Origin: Ranitomeya imitator
Taxonomy: Eukaryota
Assembly (NCBI RefSeq): GCF_032444005.1
Contig: NC_091291.1
Span: 18,104,001-18,168,000, forward strand
DNA length: 64,000 nt
Direction: 5' to 3'
Part shown: piece after piece, positions 37,001 through 49,750 of the stretch
Position numbering within the stretch: position 1 is the stretch's first letter
Layout: every line of letters starts with the position of its first letter
Translations under genes and position numbers: made by a program
Notes under the pieces: generated by a model
What the model was told of the DNA's origin: nothing
Database searches by the model: none
The model's input: the letters and a program-made list of their open reading frames with translations, nothing else

Positions 37001-39395
37001 TTGTCGGTCCAGCGTTCGACCACCCGTGTGGTCTGCAGATCACAATATTATCCTTCTCAAGTTTGCCGAAGTTGGTAGGCATGGGAGTGACTCCGTGTAA
37101 TGCTGGCTGTGCCGAGGAGTCCCCAGCAGTTCCTGCCATCTTTGGGCCACCAGTACCTTGGTCCACCATGTCATCTTCTCTGTGCCTTACCTTCTCTATA
37201 AGAGGCAAGGTTGACTGTGAGCTTTGTCCTGCTGGATAACTATATTCAACAGTGCCACTGCCTGACTGGCACACCGGTTCGGTCGCCATCATGGGATGGA
37301 TATTTTTTTCCCTCCAACTGTTGTCGGTGGTTTCAATCTCACTGACGATAAGAGAACTTTGCGTGTTTTGTGGAGCGGTCTGGTCTTCAGGCTGCTTTCC
37401 AACTAGAGGAGCGAAGGATCTTGGTTCTTCTGTCGTTCCACTGCTCCAGCATTCTGCAACTAATGAAAAAGATAAATTAGGAGGCAACAAAATGCAAAGG
37501 ACAAATGAAGACATGAGACACCGTCCAGACAAGACACGACGGTCAAATTCCCATATTTCCCTGCTCTTTCTACCCGCTCTCCACACCGACCAAGAGATAA
37601 GGAGCCTGAACAGAGAACGTCCCTCTATTAACAATGTGTACAGCTCTACCCATAGAATGGGAATATGTCATCAGAAAATTATACCTTATTAATATTATGC
37701 AGGCGGAGGTGAGCGGTGACATCTATTGTAAACGGTGGATCCTGTGTTATCTACTGTATATAGAGGTGTTATCAGTCATTGTACAGAGGAGGAGGTGAGC
37801 TGTGACATCACCTATTGTGAATGGTGGATCCTGTGTTATCTGCTGTATATAGAGGTGTTATCATTCATTGTACAGGAGGAGGAGGTGAGCTGTGACATCA
37901 CCTATTGTGAATGGTGGATCCTGTGTTATCTACTGTATATAGAGATGTTATCAGTCATTGTACAGGAGGAGGTGAGCTGTGACATCACCTATTGTGAATG
38001 GTGGATCCTGCGTTATCTACTGTATATAGAGATGTTATCAGTCATTGTACAGGAGGAGGAGGTGAGCTGTGACATCACCTATTGAGAATGGTGGATCCTG
38101 CGTTATCTACTGTATATAGAGGTGTTATCAGTCATTGTACAGGAGGAGGAGGTGAGCTGTGACATCACCTATTGTGAATGGTGGATCCTGTGTTATCTAC
38201 TGTATATAGAGGTGTTATCAGTCATTGTACAGGAGGAGGAGGAGAGCTGTGATATCACCTATTGTGAATGGTGGCTCCTGTATTATCTATGGTAGAGGGC
38301 AAACCTTTCACTGCAATTCTGTCCATGATGATAATGAAACTGCTGAAAAGTCTTCTGTACATAGCAGGAAGTATGAGTAAGTATAAATCCTAGTGGCCAG
38401 TGTGAACATTGCAAGATTTCAGATTCCTTTTATTATTATAATTATTGAAAATGAAAAACATAAAACGAATAAACCCCCCCCCCCCTCCCGACTTAAACAA
38501 TAGGTCATGTTTCTGATGACACATTCTCTTGTAATTTCCATAGTTGAATATATATTTGCATAGGATTTCTCGGCAATGTACGGTCTGGAATACAGTAATA
38601 GTTTGGTGCTTACTTTCCACCCGACTTGCCCTTGCCTGATTGTTCTCCTGACCAAAGGGCTCTTCTGCATTTTCCATTATGGATAACACATCCGGTTTGG
38701 ACATCTGGAGACCTGAAAATAAACAGCAAATGTTAGGGGGGAGAGAAAGAAAAAAAAGTCTCTAAAGTGAGTCCTTGAGTCAGCTCCTTATACGATGCCA
38801 TCACAGAATCAGGCACCTACATGTCTTTTTAGGAGGGCCCTACGACTACCGAGCCCCTGGGATGAGTCCAGCATTAGGCTGACCGTACACATCAGATACA
38901 TGATGGTGGAACCTCCACCGATATGTAATGTGCATGTGACAGCCGATGTCAGGGAAAAGAAGGACAGGACATGTAGAAATTCAACATGCCCGATCCTTTT
39001 GCTTTTCAGTGAATGCCTGGCTGAGGCTTTATTCCCTCTGCGAGCTGTACACGGAGGAGTAGAAAGAGCTGTCTGTTGCTTTAGGCGTTTCTGCAATAGT
39101 CATCATTTAGCTTTTCTACACTCCAAAATAAAATTCTCCCCTACGCGCGTTTCGCTTTGTGCTATTCAAAAGTTTCGAAAAGCGAGGGAAGCAGTAAATT
39201 TGGAATAAATATATATAAAAAGGGTGCTCCGACCCCTAATCAACATCAAATTCTTAACTGGTTGTGGGAAAACTGAAGTAGGTGGACATATGAGCTCATG
39301 GATTGGACAGCTCGCTAGATTTCAGGGGATCGGGATTCTGGTCAGCTTCATTGCGGTGCGCTGACCACAGCCTTACATGAGTCCAAAGCCATCAT
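34017..39395 (-). CDS. Multi-cluster C2H2 zinc-finger protein, about 1186 aa, 18 fingers (1 degenerate), 2 AT-hooks, KRAB-B-like N-terminal exon
   Basis: Main exon 37459-34017 (acceptor TTATCTTTTTCATTAG; matches the 1205-aa ORF); upstream exon 38712-38614 (LQMSKPDVLSIMENAEEPF...) and 39395-39377 (MMALDS, donor GTAAGG). Phases 1/1 are consistent; total 3561 nt. TGEKP-type linkers. The main exon is secure; the two small exons are inferred. Confidence 0.88.
37703..38289. repeat. 90-bp tandem repeat, about 6.5 copies, in zinc-finger gene intron
   Basis: Unit GTGACATCACCTATTGTGAATGGTGGATCCTGTGTTATCTACTGTATATAGAGGTGTTATCAGTCATTGTACAGGAGGAGGAGGTGAGCT. Confidence 0.95.
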
Positions 39396-40356
39396 ATTGG
39401 GACCTCCGGACTCACGCCCAACATATGAGAAGGATCAGGCAGTTGGACTTTGAAGACCAGATCCTATTGTATTTGGGGGGAGAAGATAAGCTGAGCGTTC
39501 TGGATTTACTCAACATTGATCTGCAGGAGCGCACTACTCCACTGCTTGTCAGGGGGGCGGCTCGCTCCTGATCGTTTGGGACCAGCAACAGGGCTGCTCC
39601 ACTGACCCAACCTGTCCACTCTCCAAAGCCTCTGCAGCATTGCAGGGACACTACAGCTTGCAAGTCCTATAGAAAAGAGCTTGTAAGCGCTGCACTCTCG
39701 TCTTCGGAGACTAGCCACCACTGATGGACTGGAGCATCTAGAGAGCCATCTAAGGGAACATCTTGAGAAGAAGTGCCCCCCCCCATAACACCATGATCAG
39801 CACAGAGAGGACGCAAACCGCATTCTGCTTCTGGACCCCCTGACATCTAAACACAGCCCCTGTCAGAAGGCTGCAAGATGGAGCTTCACTTCAACCTAAA
39901 AGGATGGCGGCTTCCTCCACTTATCGGCGTATCCGACGACGTCACCGGTGATCTCCATGCCTCCTTCACTGCACTGTAAATCACATCACTTTGGATACGG
40001 AACAGATTTAAAAAGGGAAACAAACAGACTTCACAGTGAATTAAAGCCACATTTGGATGGCGGGATCAAAGATTCGCAGCATGTGTTTGCAATTAGCTGC
40101 TTTCTATAGAATATCCCTTTAACTGCAGCAACCTAAAAGGAGATTTTATTCTCAGCCGTCGTCGTAATTCTGATTATTGAGGGAGCTAATGATGGATCAC
40201 ATCTACAGGAATAGAGTGCACACACCTGACATGCCAGAAGCCACAGTGTGCCGGATCCAAGGGGAGATTACTGTCACAGACTTATAGCTTCCATATAAAG
40301 ATGATTAACTTTGTAAATAGGTTTCCGAAGCCAAACAGACCCCACTGACCAGGAAC

Positions 40357-42058
40357 TACATCCTGCATTATCCTCCAGAGCTGCACTCACTATTCTGGTG
40401 GTGCAATCACTGTGTACATACATTACATTACTGATCCTGAGTTACATCCTGTATTATACTCCAGAGCTGCACTAACTATTCTGCTGGTGCAGTCACTGCG
40501 TACATACATTACATTACTGATCCTGAGTTACCTCCTGTATTATACTCCAGAGCTGCACTCACTATTCTGCTGGTGCAATCACTGTGTACATACATTACTG
40601 ATCCTGAGTTACATCCTGTATCATACTCCAGAGCTGCACTCACTATTCTGCTGGTGCAGTCACTATGTACATACATTACTGATCCTGAGTTACATCCTGT
40701 ATTATACCCCAGAGCTGCACTCACTATTCTGCTGGTGCAGTCACTGTGTACATACATTACATTACTGATCCTGAGTTACCTCCTGTATTATACTCCAGAG
40801 CTGCACTCACTATTCTGCTGGTGCAGTCACTGTGTACATACATTACATTACTGATCCTGAGTTACATCCTGTATTATACCCCAGAGCTGCACTCACTATT
40901 CTGCTGGTGCAGTCACTGTGTACATACATGACATTACTGATCCTGAGTTACATCCGCTATTATACCCCAGAGCTGCACTCACTATTCTGCTGGTGCAGTC
41001 ACTGTGTACATACATGACATTACTGATCCTGAGTTACATCCTGTATTATACTCCAGAGCTGCACTCACTATTCTGCTGGTGCAGTCACTGTGTACATACA
41101 TGACATTACTGATCCTGATTTACATCCTGTATTATACTCCAGAGCTGCACTCACTATTCTGCTGGTGCAGTCACTGTGTACATACATTACATTACTGATC
41201 CTGAGTTACATCCTGTATTATACCCCAGAGCTGCACTCACTATTCTGCTGGTGCAGTCACTGTGTACATACATTACATTACATTACTGATCCTGAGTTAC
41301 ATCCTGTATTATACCCCAGAGCTGCGCTCACTCTTCTGCTGGTGCAGTCACTGTGTACATACATTACATTACTGATCCGGAGTTACATCCTGTAATATAC
41401 CCCAGAGCTGCACTCACTATTCTGCTGGTGCAGTCACTGTGTACATACATTACATTACTGATCCTGAGTTACATCCTGTATTATACTCCAGAGCTGCGCT
41501 CACTATTCTGCTGGTGCAGTCACTGTGTACATACATTACATTACTGATCCTGAGTTACATCCTGTATTATACCCCAGAGCTGCACTCACTATTCTGCTGG
41601 TGCAGTCACTGTGTACATACATTACATTACTGATCCTGAGTTACATTCTGTATTATACCCCAGAGCTGCACTCACTATTCTGCTGGTGCAGTCACTGTGT
41701 ACATACATTACATTACTGATCCTGAGTTACATTCTGTATTATACTCCAGAGCTGCACTCACTATTCTGCTGGTGCAGTCACTGTGTACATACATTACATT
41801 ACTGATCCTGAGTTACATCCTGTATTATGCTCCAGAGCTGCACTCACTATTCTGCTGGTGCAGTCACTGTGTACACACATTACATTACTGATCCTGAGTT
41901 ACATCCTGTATTATACCCCAGAGCTGCACTCACTATTCTGCTGGTGCAGTCACTGTGTACATACATTACATTACTGATCCTGAGTTACATCCTGTATTAT
42001 ACTCCAGAGCTGCGCTCACTATTCTGCTGGTGCAGTCACTGTGTACATACATTACATT
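40357..42058 (+). repeat. 86-bp satellite array 3 (about 20 monomers)
   Basis: Same unit as array 1, with a few 81-bp deletion variants. Confidence 0.97.
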
Positions 42059-42439
42059 GTAGTTCCACGACATCCGATGCAGTGATGTGCTGAATGCCTG
42101 CAGCTGTTGCTCATAGCAACCAATCAGAGCTCAGCTTTCATTATTCAACCAGTTAAAAAAATGACAGCAGTGAGCTGATTGGTTGAAATGAGCAACCCTT
42201 CTACATTTGTTTTTTTTTCCCCTTTCGCTCAAAATGCTAAAACTTTATTGTACTACCAGAAGTGTCGACAATTTTGTAAACATTTCCGTATTATCCGGGC
42301 CCTGCAGGCCTCAGTGTTTTATTGGCGCAATATAAAAAAAAAACTAAATTATAAAAAAAAAAAAAAAAAAAAACATTTTATAGAGGAAATAAAAAAAAAC
42401 AGGAGGTAAAAAAGCAAAGAAATGTTATTAGCAGAACGA

Positions 42440-43130
42440 AAATAACCAGGCGAGTGGCGGCGGCGGCTCGTCCTGTGGAGCGAGGGCTGAGGAATATTTA
42501 CAGCCGCAATATAAAAATAACGCTTCCACACAATACCACATAGAACGCCCCAGAGCCGTTAACCGCCTCACCGCCAGTCCTCCACACGTTAACCCATGCA
42601 CCACCCAACCCCGGCAGCCATAACTGCTCGCCCCTTCATCTTCTCCTCAGATTTTCTTGCAAAATTAAAAAAAAAAAGAAAAAAAAAAGTAAAATATATA
42701 AAAAAAAAAAAAAAAAAAAAAAAAAGGTCTCGGAGGTCAAAATGGATTCCCTGTGAGAGGCTCAGTCCCGAGCTCAGGCTGCCATAGCAACCAGGGTCAC
42801 GTGGGCCGTAAGAAAACAATGGTTTTAATGCTAGGAAAACAAATAAAGTGCGAGCAGGAAGTTCGCAAAGCAGACATTATGTGGAGGACGCTCTCCACAT
42901 GTTCTGGGAGGATTTTTACCTCAGGACAGTGTGAGGCCATGTTTGGACAAAACATTTTTTTTTTTTTTCCATTTTTAGAGGAATTTTCGACATTTTGCTT
43001 TTGTTTTTTTTTTTTTTACTGCCGCTTTTAAATATAACGCACAGAGCACGAGGCGTAAAACGCGATTAGATAATGCGCGGTTTTCTAAGATGGCGGCTGA
43101 GGCCTAGCATCGCTCTGTGGAGCCGCTACA
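42440..43130. promoter_or_regulatory. CpG-rich promoter-like island (candidate zinc-finger gene promoter)
   Basis: RFX X-box-like GCTGCCATAGCAAC (42778-42791) next to E-box GTCACGTGG (42796-42804), YY1 AAGATGGCGGC (43087-43097), minus-strand donor GTGAGG near 42570. Confidence 0.45.
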
Positions 43131-43329
43131 TCGCAGGTCAATAGGGTCACATTACGGCCACCAAAGCCCCAGAAAGTCACAACCAGTGAAGATTTTTTTT
43201 TGCAGCTTTTCACCCTGCGGGGCTGAATACGACCCCATTAACTCACACAGGGCGATTTTTGGACATACGAACTGCGTCCTGGTCATAGTCATTGCGTGTT
43301 TTATCCCTCTGACATTAATGGCACGATTT

Positions 43330-44335
43330 TCAACCAGGTTTATTATTTATTTTTGACTTCCTCTCGTGTAGTATTTTTTTTCCATTTTTTTATACATTGT
43401 TTTTCCTCATTTCTCTATTTTTTTTTTTCTTAATTTCCGTTCACGCAAGTGATTTATTTTTAATTTCACATCGGATATTTTTACATTTCCCTATATTTTT
43501 TTTTATTAAAACCCCCCTTTTTTTTTTTTTTTTAATTACCTCACACATTTTCTAATTTCGCCTCATCTAGTTTTTTTTGTTCATTTGTCCACTCTCCTTT
43601 CTATAGTTTTTTTTCTATATTTCCTGAAGTATATTTCTTTTTATTTCTCCTCCTCGTGTAATTTTTAATCTTTCATTCCTTCATAAAAATTTTTTCCCCA
43701 ATTATCCCTTTTTTTTTTTCTTTATTCATGTAGTTTTTTTAGTTTTCACCCAATTTTCCTTTGTTGTTTTTTTTTATCACTCTTCCTCGTGTAGTTTACC
43801 TTTTTCATTCCCAGATGTCCTTTTTTTTTTCAATTTTCCCTCAATTTTTCATTTCTCCCCCTTGAGTGGTTTTTCATTTATTACAGATTTTTTTCCCCTT
43901 TGTTTTTACCTCATGTATTATTATTATTGCTTGACCTCATGTAGTTTTTATCTTTAAATTCCCTCATACAGATTTTTTTTTCCCAATTTTCCCTCAATTT
44001 TTCTCTTTTTATTTCTCCCCCCTTATGTAGTTTTTCATTATTACAGATTTTTTTAACTCAATTTTCCCTCATGTATTATTATTATTATTTCTCCCCCTCA
44101 TTTAGTTTATCATCTTTCATTCCCTCGTACAGATTTTTTCAGAATTTTCCCTCAATTTTTCATTTCTCCCCCTCAAGTAGTTTTTTATTTTACAGATCTT
44201 TTCCCTCATGTATTATTATTTCTCCCCTTTGTGTAGTTTTTATCTTCTTTCGTTCCCTCATACAGATTTTTTTTTCCACTTTTCCCTCATAAAATTTTTT
44301 TTTTCTCCTACTCATGTAGTTTTTTTTTTTTTAAT
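43330..44335. repeat. T-rich low-complexity region with degenerate TTTTCCCTCATGTA(TTA)n motifs
   Basis: Direct inspection. Confidence 0.75.
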
Positions 44336-45152
44336 GCTTCAAGCTGCAGCGGCCAGATGGTCTCTGCGAGCAAATAGGAAAATATAATTTTCCACTCACC
44401 CACAGCTTTTATTATTTTTTTTAGTGCGTTATTTAGCTTATTTTAGAGCCTGCTGCCATTTTTTCGAGCTGCAGACATTTTGTGCTGATTTTTTTTACAC
44501 ACCCATCACGTTTTTTTTTCCCCCCTCTCTCTAAATTGGGTTGTAAAACTACATTCTCTAATAAAAAAAAAGAAAATAAATTGTGAAGTTTTATTTTGCA
44601 GTGCATTCTGTGTTTCGCGCGGTCGTTATTTTTCCAGCCGTGGTAATTTACTGCGGTGGGCAGATTCCATTTGCACAATGCGGCTATAACAGATTATGCC
44701 TCGTGGTCTTTCTGCAGATTTTTTTTTTTCCACCTATTGATTTTAAACAGGGAAAATCATGGTGTAAGAAAAAGAAAAATACATAATACATTACGGTTTT
44801 TTTTTTACTTAAAATTACATGTATTATCACATGTTGGTAGCAAAAGCTGCGTCCCGATAGTTGCTTGTGCAGCTGCCACCTGACATTGGGCGCCACTCAT
44901 CATCCAACTCTCTGCATTGTTATTGGTTTAGCTCCAGCCAAATTATATATATATAGTGCTAATTTTAATTTCTCAACATAGGAGCCAACACCAAAAAACA
45001 CCAAAAGTAAAAACATCCCTACCCATCTGAATAACCCTATATAATAATGGTGGTCTGTCCTATTTACCAGCCAATGTGCAAATAATAATATGTAAAAGGG
45101 TGAAATCAGACGTAGCATCTTTGCCGCAGATTATAAAGCCACATTCACACGG

Positions 45153-45376
45153 TCAGTATTTGTAAGCCAAAATCAGGAGTGAGCAGAAAATACAGAAGTG
45201 CCGATTGCTCCAATCCAGAAGTGCCGATTGCTCCAATCCAGAAGTGCCGATTGCTCCAATCCAGAAGTGCCGATTGCTCCAATCCAGAAGTGCCGATTGC
45301 TCCAATCCAGAAGTGCCGATTGCTCCAATCCAGAAGTGCCGATTGCTCCAATCCTGATTTTGGCTTTCAAATACTG
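45153..45376. mobile_element. MITE-like inverted repeat enclosing a 23-bp minisatellite x7 (45193-45353)
   Basis: Arms CAGTATTTGTAAGCCAAAATCAGGA / TCCTGATTTTGGCTTTCAAATACTG; internal (CAGAAGTGCCGATTGCTCCAATC)7. Confidence 0.7.
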
Positions 45377-45853
45377 ATGTAAAATACTAACCAAATCCTG
45401 AAAAAAAGTGACCTTAGTTGCTTAAAAAAAAAAAAAGAACCAAAAAAAAAAAAAAAACACAGAAAAATCGAGCTGACTACACATTCTCAAATCCACAACA
45501 CATCAATTACACCCCACAGGTGAAATCCTTAGCAAAATCCACTTGTTCCAGAAGGAAACACATTTGATACTGATTTGTGGAAGACTGATGTGATCCTGCG
45601 CTATGTTCACACAGAGGTTTAAATATCCACCGGTAAAAATAAAAAAACACACACAAAAAAAACAAAAACCTAAGCCTTTGTGTTTTTTTTCAGCTTCATA
45701 CATCAAATTTGGGACGCCCACCATCAATGACCCGGGATGCCCGGCAAGACGGAGGCGGTTTCAGGGCCACAGAATACTGACCTGGCTACTGGACCAGGAC
45801 GCGCTCTATGTACATGCATCACTAGAAAATATGGAATTTCAGGATTAGGCCAG

Positions 45854-46806
45854 TTTTTGCAGGGTACGGTATATACCAGGGGGTGGGTGAAACCTCACCC
45901 CGTGCTGGCGGTCGTTGCCCGTTTCGCCAGATTGCGTCTGAAGTGTAATAGTTGGGTGTGTTTTGACGCTTTACAATTCTTTCATGGGGTTTCTGAGTTT
46001 TAGATTTTGGCCCCCACCCATCTTGTGCCCACCGCGACAGAAAACTCACCAACCATATGACACATCCCACTCCCAATTATGCGTGGACCGTTTCTTGACC
46101 CAAACTTTCAGAAAAGTTGTAAAACACACAAACGAAGAGGGCGGCAGAGCTGATGAGCTCAGTGATTGGCTGCAGCGGTGAAAAGAGCCGTTTATGTGAA
46201 GTCAACACTGCAGCCAAAATCTAAGTGGCGGCGAGACTGTGCTGGACCGGGGGAGGCAAGAGTATTTACTCCGTTTCTGATTTTATAGCACTTTCCTGAA
46301 AGTGGAAAACCCCTTTAATAACCTGTTAAGACACATACGAGGCTGTTAGATTTCGGGGGTCAGGAGACTGGCGGCCGCTTCCGGACGTCGCGTGAAAGTC
46401 GGACGCTGCCGTTTATATCAGTCACGTGACGGATCCGGACTCTGTGTGAACGGGGCCATATTTGCCCCTTTCTCGGGTACCGCCGCCATATTTGGACCAC
46501 ACAGGCGGTGATTTTTATTCTCGCACCCAATGACGGAGGGGAACGGGGCACCGCAGCGACCCGCAAGGGACTGCAACCATCTCTGGTCCAGTGTCGGCTA
46601 AACGAAGACACAGCCAAGGCTTTTTAGATTTTTCTTTTTTTGGGGGGGGGGGCGGGGGCCAAAATCTAAAAATCGGAAACCCCATAAAAAGAGTCAAAAC
46701 ACACCCAAATGTCACACTTTAGACCGAAACGGGCGACGACCGACAGCACGGGGTGAGGTTTCGACCCCCCCCCCCCTTACCCGGTATATACCGTACCCTG
46801 CAAAAA
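45854..46806. mobile_element. Element bounded by ~160-bp imperfect inverted repeats
   Basis: 45854-46015 is the reverse complement of 46654-46806 (e.g. TTTTTGCAGGGTACGGTATATACC / GGTATATACCGTACCCTGCAAAAA). Confidence 0.65.
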
Positions 46807-47499
46807 GTTACTAACGAGGCGTGCAATTAATGAATTAATGACAGAGCTGAAGTCACCTCCTCCCAGGAGCGGCCATGCCAGGAACAACCCCCCCCCTACC
46901 ATTACTGGAGCAGAAAAGTGCAGCCAGGGTGGGGGGGCACTCTGCATGCACCACTTTTAACCCTTGCGATTGCAAAGCGGTAGGGGGGGGGCTGTGCACA
47001 ACACCCTGCCCGGCAGCCAAGGGGTTAAACGGAGCGAACGTCGCCCGGGAGGAGAAGGAGGAGGAGTGCAGGCCCGGCTCATACTCACCTGGGTGCTGGG
47101 AGAGGGGTGTGCGGGGGTCAGCTGGGCGGCAGGAGGGCAGCAGACATTGGGGGGAGTAGACACAGGATGCTTTGTGCAGGGGGAGGAGGAGAGACACTGA
47201 TGTACGGAGCTGGGGGGGGGGAAGGAGAAGGAGACGGAACTGCCGTGCGATGTCTACGGCGGCCGCAAAGGTCCAATCTAGTGACAAACGCGTTTCTCTG
47301 CCTGCTGGCGGTTTATAAGGGGAAACTCTGCTGGTATCTGAGCAGCAGAGAACAGTGACTGTAGGCAGCGGTGTCAGGGCTGGAGAGATGCACATACAGC
47401 TTATTGTGCACCTCTTCACTTTAGGTCTTTTTTTTTTTTTCTAAAATAACTTTTTTTTTTCTGACTTGTATGCAAAAAATTCCACAAATGTTTTTTTTT

Positions 47500-48330
47500 T
47501 TTTTTTGCTTTGGCTCTTTTAACATGTTCACTAAATGCTAAAACCGACCTGCCATTATGATTCTCCAGGTCGTTACGAGTTCACAGACACCAAACATGGC
47601 TAGGTTCTTGGTAAAAAAAAATTCCAATATTTCTTAAAAAAAAAAAAAATAAAGTTGCCATTTTCCGATACCCGTAGCGTCTCCGTTTTTCGTGATCTCG
47701 GGTCGGGTGAAGGCTTATTTTTTGTGCGCCGAGCTGATGTTTTATATGATAACATATTGGTGCAAATATAATCTTTTGATTGCCTGTTATTGCATTTTAT
47801 TGCAGTGTTTCGGTGACCAAAAAAAAACATAATTATGGCGTTTTTATGTTTTTTCTAGTTATGCCATTTATCGATCGGATTATTTTTATATATTGATAGA
47901 TCGGGCGAATATGTGTATTTTTAATATATTTTTAATTGTTTTATTTTGAATAGGGTGAATGGGGGTGATTTGAACTTTTATATATTTTTTATTTTTTTTA
48001 AATATTTTTTAAAACTTTTTTTTTTTTTACTTCCTTCCATGGGAGACTAGAAGCTGCGATCATCCGATCACTTGTGCTACACAGAGCAGCTAAAATGTTC
48101 ACTTGCTATGAGCGCTGACTGCAGGGCGGCGCTCATAGCTATCCGGCTATGACAACCACAGAGGTCTGCTGCAGACCCCGGGTTGTCATACCGACCCATC
48201 AGCGACCCGCGATCATGTGACACTGGCACCGATGGGCGGGACTATTGACGCGCTTCTGGCGCGAGCATGTTAAATGCCGCTGTCAGAGATTGACAGCAGC
48301 ATTTAACGTGCTAACAGCCGCGGGTGGATC
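47500..48330 (+). mobile_element. Fragment of a dispersed non-autonomous repeat (related relics at about 5250-5620, 13200-13870, 53570-53830)
   Basis: Shared degenerate segments such as TATATTTTGATAGATCGG / GCGATACCAAAT; family not named from sequence alone. Confidence 0.45.
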
Positions 48331-48470
48331 GTGATACCTGAGGTCGTGCAATGTCTGCGCATGAGGAAAGAGACATAGCGAATCAGAATAACTATACTAC
48401 ATTTCTAATTGTAGATATTTGATAATGTTATCACACCTGGGGATCAGATGTTGGAGATGGGAATACCCCT

Positions 48471-49748
48471 TTAATATTTGGTACAGAAACCTTTGAAGTT
48501 TGCACACACTTCAGCAGGGATTTTGGCCCCCTCCTCCATACAGATCTTCCCCAGATCTTTCAGGTTTCGGGGCTGTCGCTGGGCAATATTGAGTTTCAGC
48601 TCCCTCCAAACATTTTCTATTGGGTTCAGGTCTTGAGACTGGCTAGGCCACTCCAGGACCTTGAAATGCTTCTTACGGAGCCACTCTTTAGTTGCCCTGG
48701 CTGTGTTTTTCTTGTCTTTGTCATGCTGGAAGCCACGACCCATCTTCAATGCTCTCACTGTGGGAAGGAGATTGTTGGCCAAAATCTTGCGATATATGAC
48801 CCTATCTATCCTCCTTTCAATACGGTGCAGTCGTCCTGTCCCCTTTTCAGAAAAGCACCCACAAAGTATGATGTTTCCCCCACCATGCTTTACGGTTGGG
48901 ACGGTGTTCTTGGCGTTGTACTCATCCTTCTTCTTCTTCTTCCAAACGCGTCGAGTGGAGTTGATACCAAAAAGTTATTTTTTGGTCTCATCTGACCACA
49001 TGGTTTTCTCCCATGCCTCCTCTGGATCATCCAGTTGGTCATTGGTGAACCTCAAACCGGCCTGGACATGTGCTGGTGTGAGCAGGGGGACCTTGTGTGC
49101 CCTGCAGGATTTTAATCCATGGTGGCATAGTGTGTTACTAACAGTAATGTTTGAGACTGCGGTCTTAGCTCTCTTCAGGTCATTGACCAGGTCCTCCAAT
49201 GTAGTTCTGGGCTGATTCCTGATCTTTCTCAGAATCTTCTTGTGCTTCTTCCATTTTCTAATGATTGCGCCAACAGTTGTTGCCTTCTTACCAATCTGCT
49301 TGTCTATTGTCCTGTAGGCTATCCCAGCCCTGTGCAGGTCTACAATTTTGTCCCTGGTGTCCTTAGACAGCTCTTTGGTCTTGGCCATGGTGGAAAGGTT
49401 GGAGTGTGATTGAGTGTGAGGACAGGGGTCTTTTATACAGGTAACAAGTTCAATTAGGTGCAATTAATACACATAAGGGCAGAGTAGGAGGCTTCTTAAA
49501 GAAACACTAACAGGTCTGTGAGAGGCAGAGTTCTTGCTGGATGGTCAGTGATCAAATACTTATTTCATGCAATAAAATGCAAATTAATTATGTAAAAATC
49601 CTACAATGTGATTTTCTGGATTTTTTTTAAAGATTCTGTCTCTCACAGGTGAAGTGCACCTATGATAAAAATTACAGACCTCTCCATTCTTTGTAGGTGG
49701 GAAAACTTGCAAAATCGGCAGAATATCAAATACTTATTTTCCCCACTG
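48471..49748 (-). mobile_element. 3'-truncated Tc1-like transposon with deleted transposase
   Basis: 5' TIR TA|CAGTGGGGAAAATAAGTATTTG; ATG 49388 [19 protein letters not shown]..., [27 protein letters not shown], stop at 48471; no 3' TIR. Confidence 0.9.
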
Positions 49749-49750
49749 TA

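Noticed and set aside
37460-37634. N-terminal 58 aa of the 1205-aa ORF
   Set aside because: Lies upstream of a strong acceptor at 37460-37461 and starts at a non-ATG codon; more likely intronic.
42106-42120. X-box-like palindrome GTTGCTCATAGCAAC
   Set aside because: Spacing is off by one and it lies in repeat-like sequence, so it was not called as an RFX site.
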